Below, one piece after another: positions 38,105-51,212 of a stretch of 64,000 bases of DNA. Positions within the stretch are counted from its first letter, which is position 1; every line of letters begins with the position of its first letter. Source of the DNA: Hyphochytrium catenoides (Eukaryota; Protista; Hyphochytriomycota); NCBI GenBank assembly GCA_900088475.1, contig FLMG01000971.1:1-64000 (forward strand), given 5' to 3'. The notes beneath the pieces are model-generated. The model did no database searches and was not told where the DNA came from. It was given only the letters and a program-made list of their open reading frames with translations. Position numbers and translations under genes: made by a program.

Positions 38105-40015
38105 ATGAGCAGCAGCAATGCAGGGGCTACCGCCGGAGGAGCTGCAGCCCGGAGGGTCCACTCATTCTTTTCCTGCTACATTCTTACCCCAGCAAACTCT
38201 CACCCCAAGCATCAAAAGGTACTTAGAATGCCTTGGTCTGACGTATATCCTCATCAATCTTGCTCTCTACACAGCTTTTTTTTTAGTACAGAAGGAAAGA
38301 TTGCCTAAATCTTTCGGTGCGCATTTTTGCTGCTGAGCCCTGCTGTTGACAGTGTTTGCATCCTTGCTAGTGTTCGTTGCCTCATCGCCGCAATGCAGGT
38401 ACATTACATTGGCTTCACGACAAATCCTCATCGCCGGCTGCGGCAGCACAATGGCGAACTCATCCAGGGTGCGTACCGCACGCGACGATATCAGCCTTGG
38501 GACATGGCGCTGGTCATATATGGCTTCCCCAGCAAAATTGCAGCACTACAATGTAAGGTAGACGCCTTCCCTTACTACCGCAACCCTTATCTGCGCCTCC
38601 CTTTCCTTATGGCTCTTTACGAATGCCACCAACTGTCCACGGTCTCCTTTATTAGTCTGCTCCGTCTCACTTCTACTTCCTTTTCTTTCTAAAAACTCAT
38701 TCTTTCTATTCCGCCACAGTTGAGTGGGCATGGCAGCACCCTCAACGTAGCCGCCTGATCAAAGAGACGGTGAAGCCTCTTAAGGGCCAAAGGGGCGTTG
38801 GCGCCGTTGGGAGTTTGCATAGGAAGCTCTTGGAGCTATCGCACATGCTATCGGTTCCTCACTGGCAGACCCTCCCTCTTACTCTGTACTTTACCAATGA
38901 AGGTAATTTTGCGTCTGCGCAGGTCTAGTACCGCGTTACTGTTGGTGTCAGATCATCTCTCCGTGTTTATATTACACTTCTCACCCTGCCGCCCTATGTT
39001 TGAAGGTGCACACGGTGTCAACCCAACGGTGTCAACCCAGCTCTTCTGTTGTTCTCATCCCTGCGCCGTAAGATGACACCGGTTGCCCCCATCGTACCGC
39101 TATCGCTCTAGTCTCACGATGTATCTTTCACCTATACGATTGCTTCTTCTTCACACTTCGTGGACCTTGCACTCTTTAGGTTTCTCACTCACCTACTAAC
39201 GATGTTTACTCCACAACTATCTTCCAATCTCATTTCATCCGTCCAGCCTACGTCAACCTCTTCCAGGGTCTTCCCTCAAAGTTGAAGAAGATATTGCCCT
39301 CATCTTTGAAAATTGAAGTGGGGCCCTTAGATCGCCTTTACCTTTATGGCGTCCAAAGTAACAGAGAACAGAAAAGAAAAGGTATGCTGACGGGTAATAG
39401 GAATTAACAGAACCTTCATATCTGTTAGGCAAGAGGACCCTCCTTCTGTCGGTTTCCACTTCCGACTTTATGGCGCTATGGACCTAGCCGCCATACTTGT
39501 CCTTCTTTGCCATACATTGATTCCTGCACTGAAGATTCTCAGATTCTCCTCCTATTGTTGCTAGAGCCTTTTTTAAATCTTTGCGCTTTTGGACTTCAAC
39601 TGTGCATCCATTCCTTCGTTGCGCAAACCCTCTGAGATTTATACCAGGTTCTCAGCTGGACTATGACTCTGAGGACGAGCTAATTGAGCTGGAAGGCGAC
39701 CTAGAACAGAGGACGCACCTGTGCCCTGACTGCAAGAAAGAAGTGTCACTAGATAGCATCGCAGAAAGAGCCACCGAGAGCTCTCCCTCCTCTGCTTTTT
39801 CCTGCTATCATGAGGACTGTCTTATGATAGCACACATTCGGTGTCTGGCAGAGAGAATGAGGAAGAAAGGGCGTCTGCTTCCTTCCAAAGGGACTTGCCC
39901 TGATTGTGAAGAAGAACTTCATTGGGGTCATCTACTGGCTCACAATTTTGTTACGTTACCTCTACCCAGGCGTGGTGAGAGCTCAGGAGGCGAAGTGGGC
40001 GAGAAGACTGCGTGA
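38105..40015 (+). CDS. SLX1: Structure-specific endonuclease SLX1 (GIY-YIG + C-terminal Cys/His finger), 5 exons
   Basis: FFSCYIL..|[39 protein letters not shown]|FEWAWQHP; C-terminal CPDC..CYHEDC..HIRC..CPDC..W. Confidence 0.95.
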
Positions 40016-41559
40016 TGACTTACCCTGAGGCTGACAAAGAGAGCTGAATCGCCTAGGCCATCTAACCATACCTTAGCTCTAGTAAAGTACGACGATGATC
40101 GAAAGTAGGTCTACAGGTCACGCTGCGAGAGAGAGATTTTTGTTGCTCACTTAAGTCGTCCATCATCAAATGCTTGTTGCACTATTTTGGGCCAACACCT
40201 AACGAGAAAAAATGGGTCAACAGCCTAAACTGGTCCTATCAATCTCCACGTCTCTGAGCGCTCAGGGATAGTTGTCTCCACGATCACGGACCACAGTTTG
40301 CCATCTGCAGAGAGAAGTCTCGAACTCTTCGATTTGCTCTGGGGGCGTTCGGATGGGAGTGCAGCTGACAGGTAAGATCCCTTCATATCTCTTCGGAGGT
40401 CTCAAATAATAAGTGCCACGTGGGCCCCTCTCACAGATGTAGTGGGTGATTCTTGACAGTAACTTCAAGAACCCTATCATCGGCGATGGTCTAAACCACC
40501 GGTAAATCCAGCTTCTTCGCTATCACTCAACCATTCCAGAGATTGCCAAGCAGCGACTTCAAATATTTCTCGCCTTCATTCCTTTCATAATTCGAAGTAA
40601 TCAGGGATCAAACCTCGTTCGGGTGCCGTTGACTGAGCCACAAAGCAGCGTTGACCAAACTTCTTAGAAGCCTCTCTCACACCTGGTCAACAGGGATAGC
40701 TGGACTTACCAAGCGCATGTCATACGGTCTCGTTGCAGATGTGTGGCCAAGTTCCTCGAACGGCCCCATATTGTGGGCGTATATGCTCACAACAAGAACT
40801 ACCATGCTTTTCTGGATGACGGACAGCTCAACTATGTTTGGTGAGGTAAAGGACGGGCTTTTCCTGCAGCCATTATTATCTTCAATCTATACAGAGCCAA
40901 GGCTACTTGAAAGCCCACAATGAGTTCCAACAAAGACTATCTATTGCTCCGAAAGCCGCCTCCTGACGAACTACTGGACCTGGCCGAGGTATTCTCTTAA
41001 GTCTACCCAGGAGGTCAAGCTTGAGACTATAGCTTCTGAAGAGACGGTCGCTCGTATGGGTTGCTGGCTCGCAGGCAGCCAAGAGAATGTCACCACTAAC
41101 GAGGCAGAGCGACAAGGAGAGGCGGAGCAAGGATCTTGATGAGAAGTAAATGAGTCCATCGCCCAGGATCCTCACATGATGACCTTTCGAGCGGAGGCGG
41201 GAAGCAGGTGGACATCATGTGATCATGCGAGATCTCCCATCCGAGAATACAGCCCGTGACTAGAGACCGATAATAGTGTAGAGTGAACTCTACGGATAAT
41301 GACACTAAAGCCTGCTCCAAACATCGGTACTATCTTAGGGTCTTGTCGTGCACATTCAGATGCTTCTCAGACGCCAAGACGCCGTGGTCCCGAAACTTTA
41401 AATCGAATGCTACTTGGAAACCTTCCCACAGGGAACCTAGCTTGTTCACGTTGATCGGGAAGGCGGAATCTATCGCCAACGAAAGCTTCATCTGAAATCA
41501 GGCTTGCAGCTTGTGGCCGTTTTCTCCATTCTTCTCGTGTTCACTGTCCTCTATTTCTC

Positions 41560-41589
41560 ACATCTCCTTGATCTCTCTCTCCGCCCTCC

Positions 41590-41621
<32 letters not shown>

Positions 41622-42030
41622 GCTGTCTCACTCTCTTTCTCTCTCTTTCTCACTCTCTTTCTCTCTCTTTCTCACCCTCTCTCTGTCTTCTCTCTCTCTC
41701 TCCCTCTTTCTCTCTCTCTCTCTCCCCAATTTCTCTCTCTCTTGCCATCAATCGATCGTCTTCGCCATCAACACCACCACTACCTCCATCTTTGCTCACT
41801 TCTCGCTGATAGCAGCGTTCCGATAACCTTAGCTGAGCCCACAGCTCCGCCTCGAGTCCTACGCCTATCCACATCCTCCTCGTCTGTCCCCGTCTCTTCT
41901 TCCTTTCTCTCTGGCTGTTTGACTCTTCTCAGTTGGCCTGGTTGGAGAAGCCTCTCTCTCCTCTCTCACTCCTCACTCTCTCCCTCTTATCCTCTCTCCT
42001 TCCCGATCGTGCAGCTCCTTCTGCTCTTCT
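41560..42030. repeat. Imperfect (CT)n tract, densest at 41560-41740
   Basis: Directly visible. Confidence 0.9.
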
Positions 42031-42289
42031 CAAGCCACCCCAACTGGATAGAGAAGCCCCTGCCTTATGTGCACCCAGTAATCAGCTACCCGACAAGGTC
42101 TGAAGGCAGACTCTAGAGTGCAAGCGCTGCACCCCAATATTCCGACGACCTCCGGTTCTATTCATTCTCAAAAGTAAGCTCATTTTGAAAGCAGAGGAGC
42201 TCCTTAGACCAATAGCTCACCAACGGAGCAAGGCTCTTTATCCTGACACTGGTTAAGTGCCAGTGTTGGCATCTAGCAGGGAACCCAAG

Positions 42290-43359
42290 ATGGCACAGCA
42301 GGAGGTAACTCGGGGGACAACCTTCAATGAGCGGATGCAGAGCACCTTTCCTGGCCGCTGGGGCAACGACGATGAAGCCAAACGAAGAGTGCTGAACCGC
42401 ATTCGCTGGATGGCCTCCGAGTTGGACCGCAAGTGGAAGTGAGTGTGCTTACGTGCCTCTGGCCCTCTTTACTACTCCACCTTGAAGCAACATAACGCTC
42501 CCTTCTCCAGACTTGACACATTACTACCCTGAACGCTGAATCTCCTCTTCTTCCTCATGCTTATCACTTCAATAGCCTTTGTTCTGTTACTCCTTCTATT
42601 GGTGTTGGCTCCCGTAACTCTGCCCTACAGACCCACTAACTAAGAGTCCTGCCCGGGCTTGTGCCCACCTCCCTTGCGGCTACTCTTTACTTAGGTTCTG
42701 TGGCTGTTTCCGGTTCGGCTATGACTCGGTTCTATCTATAATTCCTGGAGGAACCTTCGTAGGAATGGGCTTCTCTCTTTATCTGTATGCCCTCGCACAC
42801 CGGTTTCAACTTCCTCTGCGCACACGCCTTCTGATGCTGTGGAGAATTCTTATTGACCTCCTTCTTGGAGCTATTCCGCTGCTTGGATGTAAGTGCTTTG
42901 AGCGAGGACCTCAGACTTTTCAGTTTCTTAATCGTGCGTTAGGTCTATAAGCATAGACTTCTCTCTCTGCCTCCCCGGCCCCCTCCCTCCATTAGACTCA
43001 CTTCTGTCGATGCCCCCCTTATTCTTGGGTCTTTGATGATGTGGCAAATGCGACAGCTGAGGTGTATCTTCACGTGCCTTTCGCTCCCATTTCACAGTTT
43101 TTATTGCTTGCTAAACGTTTCCTATCCTATTGCAGTCTTTGCGGACGCGCTGTTCAAAGCCAACCTGAAGAACATGCGGAGTCTAGAGAAAAAGCTAGTT
43201 GCCTCTCTTCCTCCAGAGAGGGTAGAAACCTTGGGCATTCCACTGGACGACGAGGGCCAGCCATACAACTTGATGACTGATAAAGATGACGGCGGAAGAG
43301 CCGACGAAATAGTCAGAGACAGCAAACGTTTGAGTGAACTGCCGAAGGAAATTGTATAG
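42290..43359 (+). CDS. DUF4112-family membrane protein, 3 exons
   Basis: RIRWMASELDRKWK|FCGCFRFGYDSVLSIIPG..LYLYALAHRFQLP..MLWRILIDLLLGAIPLLG|FFADALFKANLKN matches the DUF4112 pattern RFGxD..IP..N/R..ID..GAIP..D..FKAN.N. Confidence 0.88.
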
Positions 43360-43848
43360 TTTGGGAGGCAGGAAGGAAGCGCGCCGGGGGTGACAGATGT
43401 CGTTTATGGTAGATTGAATACGGAAGCAAATTTTGAAAGGCACTTCTTCGAGGTCTCGGCGTAGAAGAAGTTAAGCGAGGTAAACTCATATTTTATACAG
43501 TAGCATGAAGCCCAAGCCCTTGGTGCAGAGCTCTAAGAGTAGCTCCACTGACGATTTCCTAAGTGATCCAACAGATAGGACTTAAAACGTGTTAAGCCGC
43601 GAGCAGGGCTAAAGGCCATCTTAACAAAATTCCATAGCCCGACTGTATCTGCACTCGTTGTCGAGATGCCCATATCCAGGCTTGGCAGCAATTGCCCCAA
43701 TTAGACCATCACCACAAAGCCTTCTGCTTCAAAATACCTACTTTTCCAGAAGATAGACTTCTATCCATCTCTGAAGCTTGGGGTTCCGCTGGTATCTCAG
43801 CCCATGGACCTGCTAGAAATCGCAGCTTGTTACAGCTTCTGACCCCTT

Positions 43849-46800
43849 TCATGCCAAAGGCACCATCCCTTTCCCAGGACTGGTGCTCCCTTTTGTAGTT
43901 GCCAGCTGCATGATCGTTGCCACTGATGGCTTTACATAGGACTGAATACGTTCCAGCACAGTTTCGGCCTTTCCCCGTATCGCCATGTTGGCAGGAAAGC
44001 GGAGAAGAGCTGCAGAGCACACTTGTGCTACTCCCTCCTCAGCCGCAAATTGGCGTAGTTCCTCTGTAAGGAACAGGATGGGTAAGCCCCAAAGAGTGGT
44101 GTCGATAAATCTTCAACAATCCTCTTATATAACAATGGTTCCAGGTTCCGCTCTCCGTTATATAAATGTGTATTGCTGCCCCTTTCCCTGCAAACGCCTT
44201 CATCATCTTTTCTCCCTTCTTTAACCTGGTCTCTTACCTCCTTCCGCTACTAGGTTCGCTAACGCCCACAAGCCGTAATGCTGTACTTCCTCGTTCTCAG
44301 CGCAGTTGAGAAGAGCTGCAAGGATAGCCCCGAAGCCACCCTCCTGAGCTATTGCTTGGCTGTAGGCCTCTGCTCCAGCGAGCGTTTAGAAGCACATCTG
44401 CACATATTCTTCTACTTGGGATAGGCAACCCTATTCTTCTTCTCCTATAACAGTGACTTCTAAACTTACCTGTCGTTGCGAGTGTGAGAAGAGTCCAACA
44501 AGCCCTCTTCTGAAGGTCGGGATCTGTCAAGAAGTTCTGCATCCCGTCCAGCACTGCGGCAACGACTCCTTCTTCTACCATTTTCCGCCTATTTTTATCT
44601 ACGGATATGACCCAGATGAAAGAGTGTTAACGCCTATTACACATGTAGCCCCGTCCAGGAAAGCCTTGCGTGAGAAGGCAGAAGATGCAGAAACCCGTGC
44701 ATAGAAGAAACATAGAACGAGAGTTATGGCTGAGGATCGCTAAGAGAAATCGAATGCTGTATCTGGTCTTGCAACTTTCCCACCATTATTGTGTGCCAGG
44801 TTGGTGAGAGCAGAGAAGGTTTTCTTCTGAATAGCGGGGTGGAGGGGGAAGCGCCTCATGGCTTGAACGATGACCGGAAGAGCATTGCATGCCACACATC
44901 GCAGTCGATTGTAGTCATTTTCAAATGAGAGGACGCTATACCCATAGCCACACATTGGAAGGTGTCAGCAAGAGACAGGACCAATTAATGCTACTCTGGC
45001 CGTCCCAAAGAGAGAGAGAGAGAGAAGCATAAATTAGGTTTCTTACCCCAGCAGCTGTATGCCATATTCTTGCACTTCTGGATTATCGGGGTGAGCCGTA
45101 ATCGCTTTAACGGCAGCTTCTATGCCATAGGTCTCTCCTATTTTCTCCCTTTCTCCTAAGAGGGATAAGAGAGCGAGATAGGCAGGGCCTGAGTAAGACA
45201 CGAAACTGATAGTCGACGTTCCGCAAGGACACTATCCTGGTCCGGTTAAGATGCAGCGGATGCATACCTTCGTCTTTTGCCGTTGCCTTCAAATGCTTTA
45301 GTCCCATCACCTGCAGCTCCGCGTTCTGAGGACGATCCTGAGAAAGGGAAGCGGTTTGGCGATAAGGAAGAATGAAGGTGAGAAATAATGTTGTGGAGAG
45401 CGCGAAGAACTGCGCAAATAGAGTCAAGGGACACGCAACAGAGATCCAAGGCAGAGCAATGGAAGGAGTGATAAAGTAACCTTAAGAGTGAGAGAAAGAA
45501 CAAGAGGGAAGGGAAGATGTCCACAAGGCAGTACCAATATCTAACCAAAAGCAACATCTTACAGCCTCGTAAGAATCAAGAGCTACGAAAGACTCATGCT
45601 AGACTCTAAACGCATAAACAAAGTCACCAGAAAAAACGGAACCCGATAGCTGAAGAAATAGAAGGAACCCCACCTGTAGGGCCTTGATTATGCTAGCTAA
45701 ACCCCCGGGCTTTGCCTGTTCTAAAATGACCTTCGGATCCTGCTCCCTTCGTGCAGCTTCCTCTTCCTGACAGCAGAGCGTGGTAGATTAGTTCTGTTTT
45801 GTCTGCGTTACGTGTCACTTTCTCTCTCATATACACTTCGTTTCCTTCTTTTGCATTCCACTGTCAGCCCTTTTATGTACGTACTTCTTGCTTCTTCTTG
45901 CGCTGCCTCTCGTTGCACACGGCGCAGAATCCGTTCTCTTGCAAGGTGAATGCCGGTGAGTCGCATTGGAAGGTAAGACACCGCTTCTCTTGCTTCGCTG
46001 TTTCTGTCGACGGAAGAAGTGAAGTCAGGTATAGAAAACGGACATAACAAAAAGTAGTAGTTAGTGCCTTGAGCCGTATGCAAGGGTGGGGGTGAGTGTA
46101 GCTGTAAGAGCCAAGAACGATGTAACATGATAGCAAGAGGGTCCTGCAAGACTAACAAGAGAAGTGCAGGGCGAGAGCTAAGATAGCCCTTGCAGGAAGC
46201 AAGTGGTCCACCTCTAAAGAACAGACCGCCGTCAGGAGTATCAAAGAAACCAGACGTAGCCCTAGAGACAATGCAGAAGGCAAGCGGCTTGCTCACCAGC
46301 AGCTATGGCTCTGTCTTTCCAGTGCTGGAGTTCTTTAAGCGCGAGTCCATAACTGCTTTGCTGCTCTTCTAAGCGCAGTTTTTGTTCCTCCTCCCGACGC
46401 ACTGATTCCCTTAGCCGCTCATCCAGCTGATTTATTGAACATCAAGGGAGGAGAAGGCCAGACATGATGAGCGCAGAGCACAGACAAACAACATGAGCAA
46501 AATGCAGTGGATTGGAGCCATGGTAGAATCAATTACAGAAACAGCCAACGTGAGGTAAGAGCCATTTGATGGAAGCTTTCACCGGTACGATGAGATAAAT
46601 GAGATACAATGTTCTTTCACGCTCTCCGGTCCCTTTTAATTCGGTGTCTCTCTACCTTGCGTTCGTTTGCCTTAGACGCCGTTAAATTGCGTTCTAGTGT
46701 CTCGATTTGACTTCTGAGACTATCCTTGAGTGTCTCGAGCTCTGGAGGAGGAAACGAACATGGTCACGAACCAGAGACATAGTCAAACGATTCTTCTGAT

Positions 46801-49800
46801 GGATGGCTCGTTGCGGCGCAGAGGGTATCTCTAGCGACGGCGTCCGTCTGAAATTCTATAATGATGGGATCCAGCACAAGACACAGAGATGTCTTACAAA
46901 CGACAGGAAAATGAGTGGCGACGGACCTTGATAATCCCCGATTTTCCGATTGAGCTCAGATTGTAAGGCTTCAAATTCCAAGTTGCGGTCGCTTAAGGAG
47001 TCCTATTTGAGAACGCGACAACAAGTAGAAGAGAGGAGAAGATGAGGTAAAGCTGAAGCATGCGACAAAAAGAGTGAGACTTTCGTAACTTTTATATGGC
47101 TAAGAAATGAGGGACAGAGAGACGAAGTAATAAGGACCTGAGCCTTCTTTAGTTCCAGCTTGAGACCATCAAGACTATCTTGGTATTCCCTCCGCCTAAT
47201 GACAGCGTGGACTCCAAGCTCGGGGTCAAGATCCTTCACTGTGTTCCGAAGTTCCTGGGAAAGGAGAGTTGAGATGTGAGCCGACAGGCTTAGAACGGTA
47301 AGACATAGCTGGAATAGTGGCTTGCCAATAGGCAATGGTAAGAAAGAAGCCTAGGATGTAGGTGCAACTCTTAGACATTTCTATGTTATGCAGAGGTTGG
47401 AGGAGACTTCAAGGTTAGAAGACACGAAAGCCCTAGAACTGGACCGCAGGAATGCTAGGGTGATCGAGGATGAATGACGCTGCGGTTTGGGTTCAATAGG
47501 GAGAAAAGGAATCGAGCAAATTACCGCGATAAATAGATAGAGAGAGCTTCTCAATATAAGCGAGAACTATGAGAGGACCTGGATATCTAGCCTGGCTTGC
47601 TTGGCAAAGCTCTCCGCAGTAAGACGAGCAGCTTTCTCCAGCTCCCATCTAGCAATAGCTTGGTTCAACCTTGCGTCTAGTTCGTCACTCGCAGTCTAGC
47701 ACAAAGAGTAACGGACCATCCCAAAGGTACAGTGAGTCTCGGAGTGCTGAACAATGGTGTGACCTGGTAAAGGTTCGGAGAGAGAGATGATACCGTCGAA
47801 GTAGAAGTTGTTACCTTAGCTTCCTTCTGTAGCTGTCCAGCAAGAGCTGCTCCTTCTACGGCTTGCCGTTCGCTAGCCCGAGCAGCTTTGCGCGAGGCAA
47901 ACATGAAGAACTGTCAGTATATGGAGGATCTGATACCCTAACTCAAGTGTCTACCGTCAACCTTTGCCTGCACCCTGTGCCTCTACCTGGCTCTCTGTTA
48001 CGATTGGGTTGCCATACCCCTTACCTTCAGCAGCTGCTTCATCCTCCTTCGCTTTCTGTTTCCAGCTTTCAAGTTCTGACATGGCCACGTCGAGCCGTCG
48101 CTGAGTCTGCTCAGAGACCAATGTCAAGAGAGACGGTCATATATATATGCGAGGACGATAGAACGGAAAGTGGATCCCAAATTACCACCCGTGAGGATGG
48201 ACAACGGGAGAACGATTGGCCGACATACCGCCGCTCCTGTGGCCAGAAGGCTCTCTATTCTCATTGTATCTTCTAGTACAGTCTGGATCAGTCTCTAAGA
48301 TTGGAAACGCCATTAGCGCTTGAGCGCTATAAAGTAGAGCAAGCTAAACAAAGAAGGGCTCCGAAACGTCTTGACGATGAGTAGGGGGCTCTGATAGTTT
48401 CTCCCACCTGCTCTCGCTCCTGTTGTACCATCAACGAATGTTCTGCCAGCTCCAGCTGCAGATTGATCACGAGAAGGGAGATGGAAAGGGACCCACAGAG
48501 AAGGTTGATTAACAATTAACAATGATCGATGCGACAAGGTGGATTTGCAAAAAGAAAGTTATAAAGGTGGACAGTGCGGCTAAACTCATAGAGTGTGACT
48601 TCTCCCATGCAAATTTTCCCTTTTAGCCGAAGTATTGCTTACCCTTCGCTCTCGTTTCTGGACTTCTCGCTCCTTCTCTCCAACGGTGGCTTTTTCCTGG
48701 GTCAACTCCTCTTGAAAACTTTTGAGCTTAGCATCCTGCAAATCCCTCGCTCTCTGTTCTGCCAGGAGAAGTTGCTCTACCGCTTCAAGCCGCTTAGCTT
48801 TACGAAACGCAACAAAGAATCGAGGTTAGTAGTAGAGCTCATTCAATGAAGAGAAGGAATGGAATGTTGTGCACTTCCAAAACAAAAAGGGGAACAGCAC
48901 CACAGAGGCACATGCCAACTGAAGCTGTAAGATGCCGGCGTTTGAACGCATTTTACCTGCCAAGCCATCCCGTCTCGTTCCCTCTTCTCGATCTTTCTGT
49001 TTTTCTTTGTTTGACCACTGCTCAAGCACCGTTGAGAGTTCCCTCTGTGCGAGAAGTCCTAGATGGGGAATTGCCTGTTGCTTCTTCCCCAGTCTGAATG
49101 GGGGATAGAAAGAGAGAACTAGATTGAGGAACGGCATAGACCCAAGAGCTCAGCTAGAGACTCAACGGCCATAAGAGGCGAAAGGCGGAGGAGTTTAGAA
49201 GGAGGGCCATTGTATCTATCCTCCTACTTGTAATCTTCGCTTCTCTCTTTTAACTGTGTGAGGGCGATGATGATGTCTTCGACCCTTTTGCCTTGCTTAG
49301 ATGGCGATAGACACAAGGATAGAACTCGTTCCAGACCACGATGCCGAGTAATGGCTTTCTATTGACATAAGTCTTCTTTAGAGATTGATCAGAGTTTGTC
49401 AAAGGAAAAGGTTACAAGGGAACCACAACTATAAGAGAGGCTAGCATGACCAACGGTAGGAAGAGAAGCGATCTCCGAGGGAGGCGTCGAAGACTATAAG
49501 AAGAGGCATGTGTTACAGTGGACAGAGATAAATGTAGGTGGGAACTTTAAAGGGCATGGTACTTCCAAATAAGTGAACGCTTATAACATCCATCGCGAGG
49601 AGCTCGGTAGTGACAGACCTGTACTGCAGACGCAAGAGAGGTCTTGGAAGTGCGCTCGTTGTTACACATCTCCAACATCAGAACGCCTAAATCTCTGATA
49701 TCGCTCTCTATCGTAGGCAGTTCAGGTCCCACGCGATACAAGAAGCTCTGCAGTCCGCGTTCACGGTGATGAAATCAGAATAAAATCAGTAAGAGATAAC

Positions 49801-51212
49801 ATAAAGCACGAAAGGAGGAGACAGCACTAACAGCGTCACCAGCAACAAGAGTGACATTTCGTTCTTTATGGCCACCAGGAGAGCAGAGAGTAGTTGAAGG
49901 TCAAAGACGTTATGCATAGAGCTTTAAAGCAAGTAACTTACCCTGGCGGAGTCCTTCTCTTTTACACCTGCACTAGCCGCGAGGGCCACCACCGAGGCCA
50001 TGCCAACATCAGCGAGCTTTATGCTTCCACCTCCGTCCTCCAGAAGAATGTTGGAAGGGGAAATCCCACCATGCACTATGGGCTCAGGGAGTGAAGAATG
50101 TAAATGATGTACAACTCGCGAGACTGACAAAGAGATATCAACGATCTCATGGAAGTCCAAAGAGATTTTTTGAAGGAAGAGAAGATCTTCCAAGCTATGA
50201 GGCAGGTACTCCGAGACGATGTATCTGGGATCTCGAGAGTCTTCAGCAAAAACTATCCCTAGTACTTGCACTAAGCTCTAGTATAGGGAGTACCGGCGAA
50301 GCGCAGGACCAGTAAGGGAAAAGGAAACACGCAATAAGCAGTCGATACTTCAGTACGAGCGAGTAGCAAAGGCCCTTTCTTTTAGACGAGGAGGCTGTCC
50401 AACCAACAAAGAGAAAGCTGTCCAACCGGCAGCGCATGAACAGACAAGTGGATTGTAACGAGAAGAACAACCTCTTACCGGATGTCTCAACTCCGACATA
50501 CACTGAAAATCCTGAGCGAATAGCTGCCAAAGTATCTCTCGCTGCTCTATGCCATGGCCGAGGTAGGAGGAGGAAGAGAGTGAAGAACCGTCTTGTGGCT
50601 TTTCTTGCTCTTGCTCTACCTCTTGCTCGACTTCCGGAGGGTCCAAGAGCAGGCCCTGCCCTTCCTTCACTTTTAATCCGTTGTGAAATTCCCTCACGCG
50701 CACAGGAATGCCTTCCATCATCCCCTTGTAGGACCGCGAATAACTGTTCTCACCCAGCAAGTCGCCATAGGAAGTTGACACCTTTGAGGCCACCATCCGC
50801 GGACGCGAACGATAGCAGATGGTAACAACGACACAATTAATCGATAGAGTTGAACGACCAGGACCCGAGAGCGCACCGACAGGGGCGATAGTAGTGGGTA
50901 AACACGGACACAAGGGGACATTCAGATGGAGGAAACGTTTAGACAAGGCATAAACTTAGCGGAGAATAACAAAGTAGGAAGAACACAACGGAGAGACCGG
51001 GCGAGGGGAAGATGAAGTCGCTGGTCAGGGTTCTGATAAGGGATAATAGCGCTTGCAGGTTCTAGCTTTTAAGGAAGACGAATAGCGCGGCGTCAACTTA
51101 CCTTGGCCCTTAATCTCCACCTGTCCAAGAACTGCATGGAGGAGCTGGAGGTCTGGGACCTCCCTGACTGCATGGGCACAGAGGCCGACGAGACCGAGAC
51201 GATTTCTGCCAT
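43849..51212 (-). CDS. Pseudokinase (TKL-like fold) + long coiled coil + C4 (A20-like) zinc finger + ARM repeats, about 20 exons
   Basis: Kinase-like exons (LGENSYSRSYKG, VRVRE, ELRHP, IVSEYL, IVHGGISPSNILL, KLADVG, SDIRDLGVLMLEM). Coiled-coil exons at ~48800-46290. CLTFQCDSPAFTLQENGFCAVC, then ARM exons (NAELQVMGL, IQKKTFSALTNL, LQKRACWTLLTL, VQHYGLWALANL). The CC-ZnF-ARM junctions are in phase; not every coiled-coil junction was checked. Confidence 0.75.
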
